Below are positions 19,195 to 28,207 of a DNA stretch of 64,000 nucleotides, piece by piece. This DNA comes from a virus (Duplodnaviria > Caudoviricetes). The DNA lies in the IMG/VR virus record IMGVR_UViG_3300034061_004392, positions 1,773 to 65,772 of that record; one strand, 5' to 3'. The position numbers and the translations under genes were made by a program. The notes under the pieces were generated by a model. It saw only the letters and a program-made list of their open reading frames with translations. It was not told the DNA's origin and did no database searches. The number at the start of each line of letters is the position of its first letter. The first letter of the stretch is position 1.

Positions 19195-19490
19195 CTGCCA
19201 GTTGATTGGGTAATAAGGACAACTGGCGAACACCTCAGTTTAACCTCAAGCGGCTAAACGGTATGAATTATCGTTTGCGGATAATTTAATTTACTTTTTA
19301 CGACTCTCTGTGTCGTGTTGCCGTCTCTGTTAGCTCACCCTGTCGAAACCTTGACTGGCCCATCATAAGTTGATTTCGTTCTGCAATACGGTTCTTTTCA
19401 CAAGAGGTCGCACGATCTGCAAATCAACTTATGGTGGACCAGGAGGGAATCGAACCCTCGTCCAGAATGCCTTCACTTTGAAGGATATAC
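19195..19490 (-). ncRNA. ssrA: Two-piece (circularly permuted) tmRNA
   Basis: The acceptor piece GGACGAGGGTTCGATTCCCTCCTGGTCCACCA (3' end at 19432) precedes the coding piece starting GGGCCAGTCAAGGTTTCGACAG (19361). 7-bp acceptor stem with G3:U70; tag ORF ANDNSYRLAA* at 19278-19246. Outer boundaries approximate. Confidence 0.9.
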
Positions 19491-19501
19491 AACAATTTTA
19501 A

Positions 19502-19624
19502 TTAATTGAATGGCCAATTATTTATGATGATGACTATCGTAAACATCAACCAAGCAACTCTCAGTACATTATCAAAGGTTCTTTCGAATTTATCCAGTAA
19601 TGTTTTTTTATCCGTATCTGACAT
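19502..19624 (-). CDS. Small putative membrane protein (40 aa)
   Basis: MSDTDKKTLLDKFERTFDNVLRVAWLMFTIVIIINNWPFN with AGGAG RBS; not in ORF track. Confidence 0.5.
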   Translation of the reverse strand: MSDTDKKTLLDKFERTFDNVLRVAWLMFTIVIIINNWPFN

Positions 19625-19736
19625 TGATGCTCCTATCTATTAAACCAAAGACAGCAGCATTACCAAACAATACGACAACAAAGAGCAGAATGCCCATGTT
19701 TATCTCCTTAGATTGTAACACATTAATTTGTAAATG

Positions 19737-20399
19737 TCAAGTTTTGTTTTGGTGATAATACTTGATAACATCAACCAAACCATCCAAATGATCAGATGTT
19801 TTCTCTTGAAAAATGATAGGGGAAGAATCTTTGACCGCAATGATAATCACAAGATTATCTATGGGAGTACCAATCAGTTCTTCGTACATAAGAGAGTATG
19901 CCGTAGTCTGCCAAAAATAATCTAGTACATCATCTCTTTTCTTTGGTCTTGCAGAGGTTTTAAAATCAATTACAGAAAGTTTACCATCATACTCTGCAAT
20001 ACAGTCTACTCTACCAGCCATACCTACTGCTTTAGACCACAATGCCTGCTCTTGATAATGAATGTTGTTTATCTTGTTCAGATAGGGTTTTAACGGGAGA
20101 AAAAACTCAACAGCATCAGGCATTACACCTTTCATGTAATCCTGTTTATTATTTAGATAGTTCTCACAGATAGTATGTACATTCGTGCCACGGGATGTAG
20201 CTTGTTTGGAAATACGATTGGCTTCTTCTTCACCAACTCTGGCTCTCCACTCCATAATAGCTTTTTTCTTTTTGGCACCAACAACAGTAGTTACAGATGG
20301 CAGCTTAGTACCATCTGGTAACTTGTAGTATCTTTTACCGTCAGGAAAAGTTTCTGATTGAAGGTCTTGTAATTCTTTAGGTGGGCAATAGTTAAACAT
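19737..20399 (-). CDS. PD-(D/E)XK exonuclease (cyanophage-type, Cas4/RecB-like fold)
   Basis: R.Y..PDG..LPSVTTV; RGT.VH..CE.YL; AGRVDCIAEYDG.LSVIDFKTS; Q..AY. Confidence 0.88.
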   Translation of the reverse strand: MFNYCPPKELQDLQSETFPDGKRYYKLPDGTKLPSVTTVVGAKKKKAIMEWRARVGEEEANRISKQATSRGTNVHTICENYLNNKQDYMKGVMPDAVEFFLPLKPYLNKINNIHYQEQALWSKAVGMAGRVDCIAEYDGKLSVIDFKTSARPKKRDDVLDYFWQTTAYSLMYEELIGTPIDNLVIIIAVKDSSPIIFQEKTSDHLDGLVDVIKYYHQNKT

Positions 20400-21040
20400 T
20401 ATTTAAATCCAGGACCACCAACCCACAACACTAACGAACGGCGAATGCCTCTAGTGACTGGTGTAACTCTATGTAATGTCCATGAAGGAAAGAACCATGC
20501 ACGACCTCTTTTCTGTTCTACATTTCTAATATCATCAGAACCATATTTGACTTGTAATTCTCCGCCTTCAAACTCTGAAGTGTCACTAAGCATAAGGCAC
20601 ATTGATAGTTTCCTAAACGGTGTATTGCTACCCGCTAAACTTGTATCTGTATGCCAATCATAATGACCTTGGTCGTGTTGTGTATATGAACCAAGTTGTG
20701 CTAGTTCATAACAGCCAGTCAAATCAAACTGAAAGAATTGTCTGTTAGCAGACCAAACTGCATTGGTAATTTTTTCCCAAATATGTTGATTGTTTTTATC
20801 AACACCCATCCAACCAATGTTTGTTCTTCGTTTTTCTTGATTGACTTGACCTTCTCCGCCATATCCCACTTGTGCAGCCTTTTGATCATGCCATTCGGGA
20901 CGAGAGAGGATATAATTGATATCATCATCAGAGAGAAAATCTTCCCAATAACAAACATCATCTTTTCCTGGTGCATTGAAAGGTGCAATAGGATATACCA
21001 AATTATGTAACATAATTATCTCACTTTCTATACATATCAA
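20399..21040 (-). CDS. 2OG-Fe(II) oxygenase (prolyl hydroxylase/PKHD-like)
   Basis: HYDWHTD; RKLS; FEGGEL; FFPS..LHRVTPVTRG.RRSLV.W..GP. Confidence 0.92.
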   Translation of the reverse strand: MICIESEIIMLHNLVYPIAPFNAPGKDDVCYWEDFLSDDDINYILSRPEWHDQKAAQVGYGGEGQVNQEKRRTNIGWMGVDKNNQHIWEKITNAVWSANRQFFQFDLTGCYELAQLGSYTQHDQGHYDWHTDTSLAGSNTPFRKLSMCLMLSDTSEFEGGELQVKYGSDDIRNVEQKRGRAWFFPSWTLHRVTPVTRGIRRSLVLWVGGPGFK

Positions 21041-21614
21041 TCATACGATTTCTTACAAATGGATGTTGTCCATTCCATCTTCTGTCTCCAGCAAACTCTG
21101 GATATGGTCCATTTGCACGAACAAAGTGACAGAACACTTGTCCAGAATAATAATTTTCTGGACCATCACATGGTTTTCTCCAGTGTAATAGATCACATCC
21201 TTTATACACAACACCATCACCTTCTGCTAAATCATAACGATGACCTGCCATGTATATAGGCCATGAATAATGATGGGAACGACCTAGCTGTATTGTAACA
21301 GATATCTCACATGAAGGTCTATCAGAATGTATCTTTAACTCATCATCATTACCATACAAACGAGCATACGAATAGGTAGGAATGAGTTCTTCTTCTAGTG
21401 CATCTTCAAGTCTTGGCCATACCATTTCTAGGATGGTTTCAGTTGCCATCTCTCCATGACCTGCTGCTTTTGAGTTGGGTATTTGATCATCACCACCTAC
21501 TCCCATTGCACCTTTGACGGCAAGTAGGTGGGTTAGAAATTTAGATACTTCAAGTGGTACTAGATTTTGAAAATGTAGTACACCTTTGCTATTAAAATAA
21601 TCTTTAGCACTCAT
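21021..21614 (-). CDS. 2OG-Fe(II) oxygenase-like protein
   Basis: PTYSYARLY...L..H.DRPSCEISVT; GD..Y.GC...HWR; Q.F.H.V. Confidence 0.85.
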   Translation of the reverse strand: MSAKDYFNSKGVLHFQNLVPLEVSKFLTHLLAVKGAMGVGGDDQIPNSKAAGHGEMATETILEMVWPRLEDALEEELIPTYSYARLYGNDDELKIHSDRPSCEISVTIQLGRSHHYSWPIYMAGHRYDLAEGDGVVYKGCDLLHWRKPCDGPENYYSGQVFCHFVRANGPYPEFAGDRRWNGQHPFVRNRMIDMYRK

Positions 21615-22018
21615 TCATCACCTCTTTTAATATAATCAAAAATAATTTTTGCCCATTTATCTGAATTCTTTTCGTGAATTCTAAAATCATATTTTGTTGG
21701 AATTTCAAAAATAGAATTGGTATCTTGAAATCTACTTTCTTCTATTGTGTCCATCCATATTGTTAAGTCTGCATTGTATATAGTTCTGATTTCTTCCGTG
21801 GGCGCAACGAAATCACAGACAACATCACCATATGAAGAAGTGGATAGTTCATACATTCTTCTTGCTTGCCTTAATCTACCTTCGGCGGAGAAATCCCAAT
21901 CATTGTATAACTTTCTAACTTCATCCGCATTATACCAGATAGAATTTAGCAGTTCAACTAATTTTTTAGCCAATGTTGTTTTACCAGACCCTGGCAATCC
22001 CATCACAAGTATTCTCAT
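21611..22018 (-). CDS. P-loop kinase, adenylylsulfate-kinase-like (short)
   Basis: ILVMGLPGSGKTTLA; NADEVR...DWDFS..GR.RQA.RM; DFVAPT; F..P. Confidence 0.75.
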   Translation of the reverse strand: MRILVMGLPGSGKTTLAKKLVELLNSIWYNADEVRKLYNDWDFSAEGRLRQARRMYELSTSSYGDVVCDFVAPTEEIRTIYNADLTIWMDTIEESRFQDTNSIFEIPTKYDFRIHEKNSDKWAKIIFDYIKRGDE

Positions 22019-22914
22019 ACCACCTTTAAATCGGTTATAACATAAGCATCATCAATTTCCATATATCTCTGACCTTTCATTTGTTTCGTATCAAACAAAG
22101 AAATATAACAATTATTTTTATATATCACTCTTTCTGCTTTATGATTATTTGAACATCCTATCAACAATTTGTTTTGATATATGTCAAGTCCTCTCAAAAA
22201 GGTTTTATCTGGATTCACATACTCCATGCAAATTGCTTGATTAGTATTTAAGTCTATGTTAACAAGTTCACCCGTACCAGACGATAGTGAGTATAGATGA
22301 TTATTCAATATTACCACATTATGAGAATTATATCCAGCTTCAGCTATTATCTCTGCTTTTAGTGTATCTTTATGAAAGAATCCATATTGTGACTTTTTTT
22401 CTCCATGATTATGTAAACAAAAATAAATTTTATCTTCATGTTCATATAATGAATTCACATGAGCCGTATCATGTGAATATACACTTGTTGGTGTGGGAGC
22501 AGTATCTTTGACCTCAAATGTGGTTACATTCAAAAATAAATTTTTTCTGGTAGCTAAATTATAAACTCCTATCGTATCGTTTGATGTATTTGTGACATAT
22601 AGGTACTGTCTACTCTTTAATATTTGATGTGTGTTTAAAAATGCAGGTACATCTAGAAGCCCACACATTTCATAATTAAGATAGTTAAAATATCCAATTT
22701 TATTATTTGATGCAATGGTTATAAATCTATCGTCACTTGTAATACCAAAAGGACGAAATGTTGATCTTCCTTGGCCTTCTAATTCTAAGCAATCGAGAGA
22801 AAGTTCTTTTCGTTGCTTATGAATTAAATTTTTTTTCTGTAAGTCGTATACTAAAAAAGTGTAAATGTCCTCACGATAAGTATGGTCATCGGGAGTAATA
22901 ATCAGTCGCTTCAT
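22015..22914 (-). CDS. Putative beta-propeller protein
   Basis: Repeated beta-strand units; H(V)NS, SH and F.RGL motifs seen in DUF4915-like propellers. Confidence 0.5.
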   Translation of the reverse strand: MKRLIITPDDHTYREDIYTFLVYDLQKKNLIHKQRKELSLDCLELEGQGRSTFRPFGITSDDRFITIASNNKIGYFNYLNYEMCGLLDVPAFLNTHQILKSRQYLYVTNTSNDTIGVYNLATRKNLFLNVTTFEVKDTAPTPTSVYSHDTAHVNSLYEHEDKIYFCLHNHGEKKSQYGFFHKDTLKAEIIAEAGYNSHNVVILNNHLYSLSSGTGELVNIDLNTNQAICMEYVNPDKTFLRGLDIYQNKLLIGCSNNHKAERVIYKNNCYISLFDTKQMKGQRYMEIDDAYVITDLKVV

Positions 22915-23585
22915 GCTGTAATTCTATGCACCCGTGATATTGGAGTATTATTTACCAAAAGTTTGTTTACAAAAAACACCAATGTTAACCGTGAATCTTC
23001 ACCTTCTCCAAAAAAATCTTGTGCTGCATGATGTAGATGTGAATCGAAAGAAACCAATCGATTATAAACATTAGATACACGAATTGTTTCTTCATATTGT
23101 GCATTATGTTCTTCTTTGTATTTTTTAGCATCCTCAATTGTCATATTATTCTTATAACTATCTTCTTTATGTTTTACACTACGATGTACATGATGAATCA
23201 AATTGGTTTTTTCTCTATAGATGGATGTACCGCCATTCAGATTTGAATTGGGAGAAAGATAAACAATACCAGTTATTTGAGATGTTTCTTCATCAGAATG
23301 AATCCAGCCAGAATCATAACCACCATGTACGATTTGAAAATACATTGAAACTTTCCATTGAATTTCATGTTCGGATTTAAAATCATAAAACTGTGAAAAA
23401 AACTTACGGCATGTTGATTGGAAGAATGGATCATCTAATTCATAGATTTGTTTTGATCGAAGTCCTGGCCAACGACCATCAGGATCAGGAAAATATTCTT
23501 GTTGCAGAGCCCATTTTCGAATCTTATCCGGATCATCAAAAAAATTGTCCAGAACTGTCACAGGAATTAAGTGCATATGTTGCAT
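22911..23585 (-). CDS. 2OG-Fe(II) oxygenase-like (DUF6445-type)
   Basis: V.DNFFDDPD..R; WPG.RS; GWIH.D; YL.P....GT..Y; N.YNRLV.FD....H. Confidence 0.75.
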   Translation of the reverse strand: MQHMHLIPVTVLDNFFDDPDKIRKWALQQEYFPDPDGRWPGLRSKQIYELDDPFFQSTCRKFFSQFYDFKSEHEIQWKVSMYFQIVHGGYDSGWIHSDEETSQITGIVYLSPNSNLNGGTSIYREKTNLIHHVHRSVKHKEDSYKNNMTIEDAKKYKEEHNAQYEETIRVSNVYNRLVSFDSHLHHAAQDFFGEGEDSRLTLVFFVNKLLVNNTPISRVHRITA

Positions 23586-23587
23586 AA

Positions 23588-24199
23588 TTATTTGGGTATT
23601 AAGTTGACATCAAAAGAAATTGATATTCTATCATCATCTGTCTGATTAGGCAAGACATAGTGTTGAAGCCAAGAAGGAAAAATGATAAGTTTACCGGGTT
23701 CTGGTTTATAATAAACTTTTGCCATTGAATGCTCTAAAGTTTGGCATTTAAAAGGAGACACAGGTAAATGATTTACCCAACTTTCATAATGATAGGGGAA
23801 TACTTGTGAGGGGTGAACGAGGATCAAATCACCACAATTTTCTGGTGCAGTAACATAATACACACCAGAAAATGTGTATCCACGATGCGTATGTGGATGA
23901 TTAAAATGTCCTTTGTTGTTTATTGTAAACCATGCAGTTTCAATTTTTGGTTTCAGATCATCACGAAAATTAAAAATTTCATGTAGTTTAAGAAGTCTTA
24001 TGTAAGCCTCCTTAAACAAATTATTTAATACCGGAACATGCCCTGTCATAACATTACTATGCCAACCACCATAGTTAGAATAGCTTCTACTTTCTCCTTG
24101 CCTTTCACGAACATCATAACAAAATTGTTTGATGGCTTCATTATCAATTTCAAGCATATCAACAGCAACGGTTGACACAAAAATATTTTCAATAAGCAT
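23588..24199 (-). CDS. Putative 2OG-Fe(II) oxygenase (TIGR02466 family)
   Basis: SNYGGWHS; W..IN..G.FN.PH.H; SGVYYV; P.PG.LIIFPSWL.H.V.PN....RISISF. Confidence 0.88.
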   Translation of the reverse strand: MLIENIFVSTVAVDMLEIDNEAIKQFCYDVRERQGESRSYSNYGGWHSNVMTGHVPVLNNLFKEAYIRLLKLHEIFNFRDDLKPKIETAWFTINNKGHFNHPHTHRGYTFSGVYYVTAPENCGDLILVHPSQVFPYHYESWVNHLPVSPFKCQTLEHSMAKVYYKPEPGKLIIFPSWLQHYVLPNQTDDDRISISFDVNLIPK

Positions 24200-24218
24200 A
24201 ATTAATAAAAATCAAAGA

Positions 24219-24560
24219 TTAAGCGGTATTTGCACTATTAAAAGTTATACCATATTCTTTTAGTTTTTCTTCCAAAAGTTTCTTGATTAATTCTTCATTT
24301 GTTAGTGACTCTCTCTGTGGAGGTTCTGGATTAACTAATATTTTTAGAAGATGTTCTTCTGGTATATATTTTACTGTTTGATCAGCTTCATCATAGTAAA
24401 AAAATTGTGGATCAGCATCTTCAAAACCATAAGATGTATCAATAAAGAATAAAGGTTCAGCGACATCAATTTCTTCATTGTAAAAATAACAGACTCTTAA
24501 TCCTAAGATATTATTATCTTTGTCATAAATTTTTTCGTCTGGGTTAATTAAAGCTAACAT
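24219..24560 (-). CDS. Hypothetical protein (possible fibre-associated chaperone)
   Basis: Directly downstream of the Gly-rich gene; ALI.P.E...G.RV...VAEPLF motif; GAGGAG RBS. Confidence 0.5.
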   Translation of the reverse strand: MLALINPDEKIYDKDNNILGLRVCYFYNEEIDVAEPLFFIDTSYGFEDADPQFFYYDEADQTVKYIPEEHLLKILVNPEPPQRESLTNEELIKKLLEEKLKEYGITFNSANTA

Positions 24561-24573
24561 TTTACTCCTCTTA

Positions 24574-25458
24574 TTAGTATTCTACGATAACTATACCACT
24601 ATGACCACCAGCACCACCAGCACCCGCTTGAGACCCCTCGCCGCCGCCGACACCGCCGGCACCACCAGAGCCGCCACCAAATCTATTAAACGGTCCAGTT
24701 CCTGGAGTTCCGGCTTGAGCTGGCGCACCTCCGGTGCCCGTACCCATTGTTCCGGCAGCTCCTGCGGTACCAACTATGCCTGCCGCTCCTCCTCCACCAC
24801 CGCCTCCAGCTCCCCTCTGTATGGAGGGAGGAGAGTTTCCTCCAGCTCCACCATTACCTCCGTTTGCTCCGCTTCCGGCTTGCCCGGCGCCACCAGCACC
24901 GGTGCCATCGCTGCCACCTCCACCACCGCCTCCACCTCCAGGACCCACTGTGATCGGAACAGCAGTAACAGGGAAAGGAGCAGATATGATTTTTTCACCA
25001 TAACCACCCAAGCCAGCAAATGGATTAAGACTGCCCAAGCCGTTGCTTCCATATTTTCCAAGTATTTTACCATCAAGAATCAAGTCAGCACCAGGAGCAG
25101 TTCCAGATGCAGGTACACTTCCTCCTGTTGCTGTTTGATATGGTCCGAATGATGATGGTCCTCCAGTAGCACCAGCACCACCAGCCCGTGACTGCGCCGA
25201 AGGGGTGCCCGGAACTCCGGCACCACCACCAACCACAGTAACCTTCACTTTTGTTGTGCTTGGTGGAATATTAAATGTTCCTGGTGAAGTAAATACTGAC
25301 AGGTTAGTAAATCCACCAGAAGGAATAACGCCAGGCGCAATCTGTGGTCCTGTAATGGTTCCAGTAATATTAGCAGCAGCAACAGCACCAGTAAACCCAA
25401 ATCGCTGTGTGCTTCCGTCGTTGAAAATTAGAGTTGTTCCATTTGAAGAAACTGCCAT
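24574..25458 (-). CDS. Glycine-rich (polyglycine) virion fibre/adhesin-like protein
   Basis: F.DGSTQ N-terminus; FTSPGTF..P....V.VVGGG; long G-rich tracts; ends GIVIVEY; GC visibly higher than neighbours. Confidence 0.7.
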   Translation of the reverse strand: MAVSSNGTTLIFNDGSTQRFGFTGAVAAANITGTITGPQIAPGVIPSGGFTNLSVFTSPGTFNIPPSTTKVKVTVVGGGAGVPGTPSAQSRAGGAGATGGPSSFGPYQTATGGSVPASGTAPGADLILDGKILGKYGSNGLGSLNPFAGLGGYGEKIISAPFPVTAVPITVGPGGGGGGGGGSDGTGAGGAGQAGSGANGGNGGAGGNSPPSIQRGAGGGGGGGAAGIVGTAGAAGTMGTGTGGAPAQAGTPGTGPFNRFGGGSGGAGGVGGGEGSQAGAGGAGGHSGIVIVEY

Positions 25459-25468
25459 TTTGTGTCCT

Positions 25469-26185
25469 TTATAGTCCTAATTTTTCCTTTTGAGTGAGAT
25501 ATTCCCTGACAAATCCGCTTCGGACAATATCTTCCAACCCAAATTTAATATGGTGTACATCTTTGATGTTATTTAGTATAGTTACAGCATCAGTCAAACC
25601 AGACTTTTCTTTCTTGTTGTTCAGATCGTTCTGGTTGTAATCACCGCATAACACAAATCTACAGTTCTCACCAATACGAGTTAAGACAGTATCAATCTCA
25701 TGAAAAGTCGCTGATTGAAACTCATCAAATACGATAATACAGTCACTAAATGTCAATCCACGCAGAAAGCTAGTGGTCTGAAACTCAATAATTTCTTTAT
25801 GTAACAAGAAATGCCATGCATCTCCACGACCTATCAGCTCATTGACAATATTCTGATACGGTTCTTGATATATCTTTGCTTTTTCTTCCAGTGTACCTGG
25901 TACAAATCCTAAGTCTCTTGACGGTACCGCTGAACGAATAATGACTATTTTTTTATAGTGTGACCCATCTTCTAGTAAATCTCTCAATCCAAGATACATT
26001 GCAAGAAAAGACTTACCTGATCCTGCTGATCCTGATAAAACTAAATGATTACCTGCATCATATGCTGCAAATGTTCTTTCTTGATTCTCTGTTAAGGGTT
26101 TAACTTTTTTAAGTGAAAAGTGTTGTGCTTTGGCTTCTGCTGAGGCTGTTCTTTTTCTTGGTGCCAATTTTTTCTCCTTTACCAT
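25469..26185 (-). CDS. phoH: PhoH-like ATPase
   Basis: PLTENQ; GSAGSGKSF; RSAVP..D.GF.PG..EEK; SFLRG.TF; DEFQ; TR.GEN; GD..Q.DL; F...DIVRSG.V. Confidence 0.95.
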   Translation of the reverse strand: MVKEKKLAPRKRTASAEAKAQHFSLKKVKPLTENQERTFAAYDAGNHLVLSGSAGSGKSFLAMYLGLRDLLEDGSHYKKIVIIRSAVPSRDLGFVPGTLEEKAKIYQEPYQNIVNELIGRGDAWHFLLHKEIIEFQTTSFLRGLTFSDCIIVFDEFQSATFHEIDTVLTRIGENCRFVLCGDYNQNDLNNKKEKSGLTDAVTILNNIKDVHHIKFGLEDIVRSGFVREYLTQKEKLGL

Positions 26186-26454
26186 TCACGAGGCATTTTA
26201 GTTTTATGTCCTGCTTTTACAGTGTTGTGGGGAACTCTCTCTTTGATGCGGCCTATAATCTCTCTTTCAAATCGTGCATCAGGTTGACCAATACCTGGTA
26301 CTGACATACGCATACCATCACCTAGTGTAGGTGTCTCTGCAATATATCTTTCTAGGTGGGGATTGTTTGCTTTGAAGTTATCATACTCAGATATTTTCAT
26401 CATATGTTCTTCAATTTCATTGGTTTCTTTGTTCAAGAATTCGTAAGTTGGCAT
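26179..26454 (-). CDS. Conserved hypothetical protein (FmdB-like N-terminus)
   Basis: MPTYEF.N.ET.E..E..M.ISE...F...NP; usual neighbour of phoH in T4-like phages. Confidence 0.6.
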   Translation of the reverse strand: MPTYEFLNKETNEIEEHMMKISEYDNFKANNPHLERYIAETPTLGDGMRMSVPGIGQPDARFEREIIGRIKERVPHNTVKAGHKTKMPREW

Positions 26455-26702
26455 ATTGTCATATCAGCAGGTTTATCATTAATGATTGCAGTAGAGGTCA
26501 CTCTATCTATTTCGAGATATCCATGACAAACAATGTTCCAGTGTTGACCATCTTCTTCAGTCTCACCTTTACATGGTACATTGATTGTCACATTCTTGAA
26601 AAGATATTCTCTATCGTTTTCAAACACTCTCCAGACATGGTCAGCAGTACCTCTGCCTGGATTTCCTCTTGTGTGATTGAATCGTATCTTATATTTATTC
26701 AT
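26433..26702 (-). CDS. Hypothetical protein
   Basis: 89-aa ORF, translationally coupled to its neighbours. Confidence 0.55.
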   Translation of the reverse strand: MNKYKIRFNHTRGNPGRGTADHVWRVFENDREYLFKNVTINVPCKGETEEDGQHWNIVCHGYLEIDRVTSTAIINDKPADMTICQLTNS

Positions 26703-27352
26703 ATGATGATTGGCTCAGGTGGTGGGCAATAGTTTTGAATTCTTCCTACGCCTAGATTGAAGTGGATAAAAGTAAATGGATTATCATTTGCATTTCTAGT
26801 AAACCCATGAGGTAACCAGGAGTTGGTGAAATACATCATACCTGGTTCAGGTTTGAAATAGGTAGCGATATTAGCATAAGTCAATTCGTTCATATCTTTT
26901 GGATACATGTTGATTTGACGCTTTGCTGGTCGTGGGTCATGTACAACAAACTGACAAGAGTTTTCTGGCACATCTATAAAATATAAACCTGTCAATTGAT
27001 GTCCAAAGCCATGCACATGCTCATCATGCCCAGAATACTTCTCATGTTCTTGACACCAGAATTCTTTACATACAACAGTCCAACCTTCCATATCGAACCC
27101 TTGTGATTGTAAAATATTCCATCCGGTACCAGCGATATACTCTATCATTGGATAGATTCTAGGATCATCCATATACTCTGTCATGTGTACAGGATACACA
27201 GGATTACATTCTGTCTTTTGTTTTTTAATTTTGGCAAGATAAGCATAAGAAACTTCTTTTGCTATCTCAAGATATTCTGGTCTGTGTATCCAATAGATAT
27301 TGGAAGGAAAAAGACTTTGTACGCTCAATTCATTGTTCATTTGTTCTTCCAT
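26699..27352 (-). CDS. Putative 2OG-Fe(II) oxygenase (TIGR02466-like)
   Basis: H.EHVH; G.YF; DPRP; P.PG...F.NSWLPH; HFN. Confidence 0.8.
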   Translation of the reverse strand: MEEQMNNELSVQSLFPSNIYWIHRPEYLEIAKEVSYAYLAKIKKQKTECNPVYPVHMTEYMDDPRIYPMIEYIAGTGWNILQSQGFDMEGWTVVCKEFWCQEHEKYSGHDEHVHGFGHQLTGLYFIDVPENSCQFVVHDPRPAKRQINMYPKDMNELTYANIATYFKPEPGMMYFTNSWLPHGFTRNANDNPFTFIHFNLGVGRIQNYCPPPEPIII

Positions 27353-27409
27353 AAAAAAACATAGGTTAATTATATACGATTACTTAACGAGTGTCAAGCT
27401 TTTTAGTAT

Positions 27410-28117
27410 TTAGTTCCAGTATTTTGAGTAATCAATATTCTTCCAATATTGTTCATTGTTGCGATACCAGAAGTTCTTGATGAGGTAGTAAGCCATACCA
27501 AAATAACCCATTCTTTTAAATCGTCTGCTATCCTGACCCAAGTAATGATTGGCTATTCTAAATTTCTTTGGATCATATTGTTTAGATAAAAAGAAATCTT
27601 CACTTGTACCGTACTTTTCTCCAAACCCACCATACTCCCAAAACTTGTCCGTCCTAGTCAACATAAAAGCACCAACAGCAAACGGTGACCAGTATTTCAG
27701 AATACTATTGATACTATTGAATATCATGAAACCAATTTGTGTTCTAATGTCACCATCATAGCATTTGATATTCAAACCAATCAAATCTAAGTTTTCTTTT
27801 TGTATTGTGTGGACACAATCATGTATCACAGAATCATTAAAGAATCTAACATCACTATCTATAAACAGTATATACGGCGTTGTCACAAGTCTAGCACCAT
27901 TGTTCTTTGCTGTAGATACGGGACCACCTTCAATAATCTCTACATTCAAGCTACCTTTGTTGGCTTCTATAACTTCTCTTGTTTTGTCTGTAGATGCATC
28001 AGCAATGATAACTCTAGTGTTACCTATGTTTTGTTTTTTCAAATGCTCTAATAAATGATGAATATAGTCTTCCTCATTCTTACAAGGAACAACTATTGTG
28101 ATTATGCTTTCTGACAT
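27410..28117 (-). CDS. Glycosyltransferase family 2
   Basis: TIVVPCKNEE; IIAD.STD.T; N.GA; LFIDSD (DxD); GGF.E...SED. Confidence 0.9.
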   Translation of the reverse strand: MSESIITIVVPCKNEEDYIHHLLEHLKKQNIGNTRVIIADASTDKTREVIEANKGSLNVEIIEGGPVSTAKNNGARLVTTPYILFIDSDVRFFNDSVIHDCVHTIQKENLDLIGLNIKCYDGDIRTQIGFMIFNSINSILKYWSPFAVGAFMLTRTDKFWEYGGFGEKYGTSEDFFLSKQYDPKKFRIANHYLGQDSRRFKRMGYFGMAYYLIKNFWYRNNEQYWKNIDYSKYWN

Positions 28118-28207
28118 TTACCTTCAACCTTAAAACTATCAAACTTCAACCAATATGTCATAGACTGTAGAACCTGTTCACATTGTTGTTGTGTTTGAAA
28201 TTGTAAA

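Noticed and set aside
19157-19195. OxyR/LysR box upstream of pqqA and rubrerythrin
   Set aside because: Only a weak resemblance to ATAG-N7-CTAT, too degenerate to support.
19432-19475. Stand-alone tRNA gene
   Set aside because: Only a T-arm and acceptor 3' strand are present, with no anticodon arm. It is the acceptor piece of the permuted tmRNA.
19737-20399. Cas4 / CRISPR adaptation gene
   Set aside because: It lacks the four-Cys Fe-S pattern and matches the core exonuclease of cyanophage-like T4 phages.
21611-22018. Bona fide cysC sulfur-assimilation gene
   Set aside because: The protein is short (135 aa), lacks the usual APS-kinase lid motifs, and no ATP sulfurylase is nearby. Kept only as a P-loop kinase-like call.
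24591-25474. Several overlapping ORFs, including a poly-Pro ORF on the plus strand
   Set aside because: These are shadows of the GC-rich Gly-codon tracts of 24574..25458 and have no RBS or operon context.
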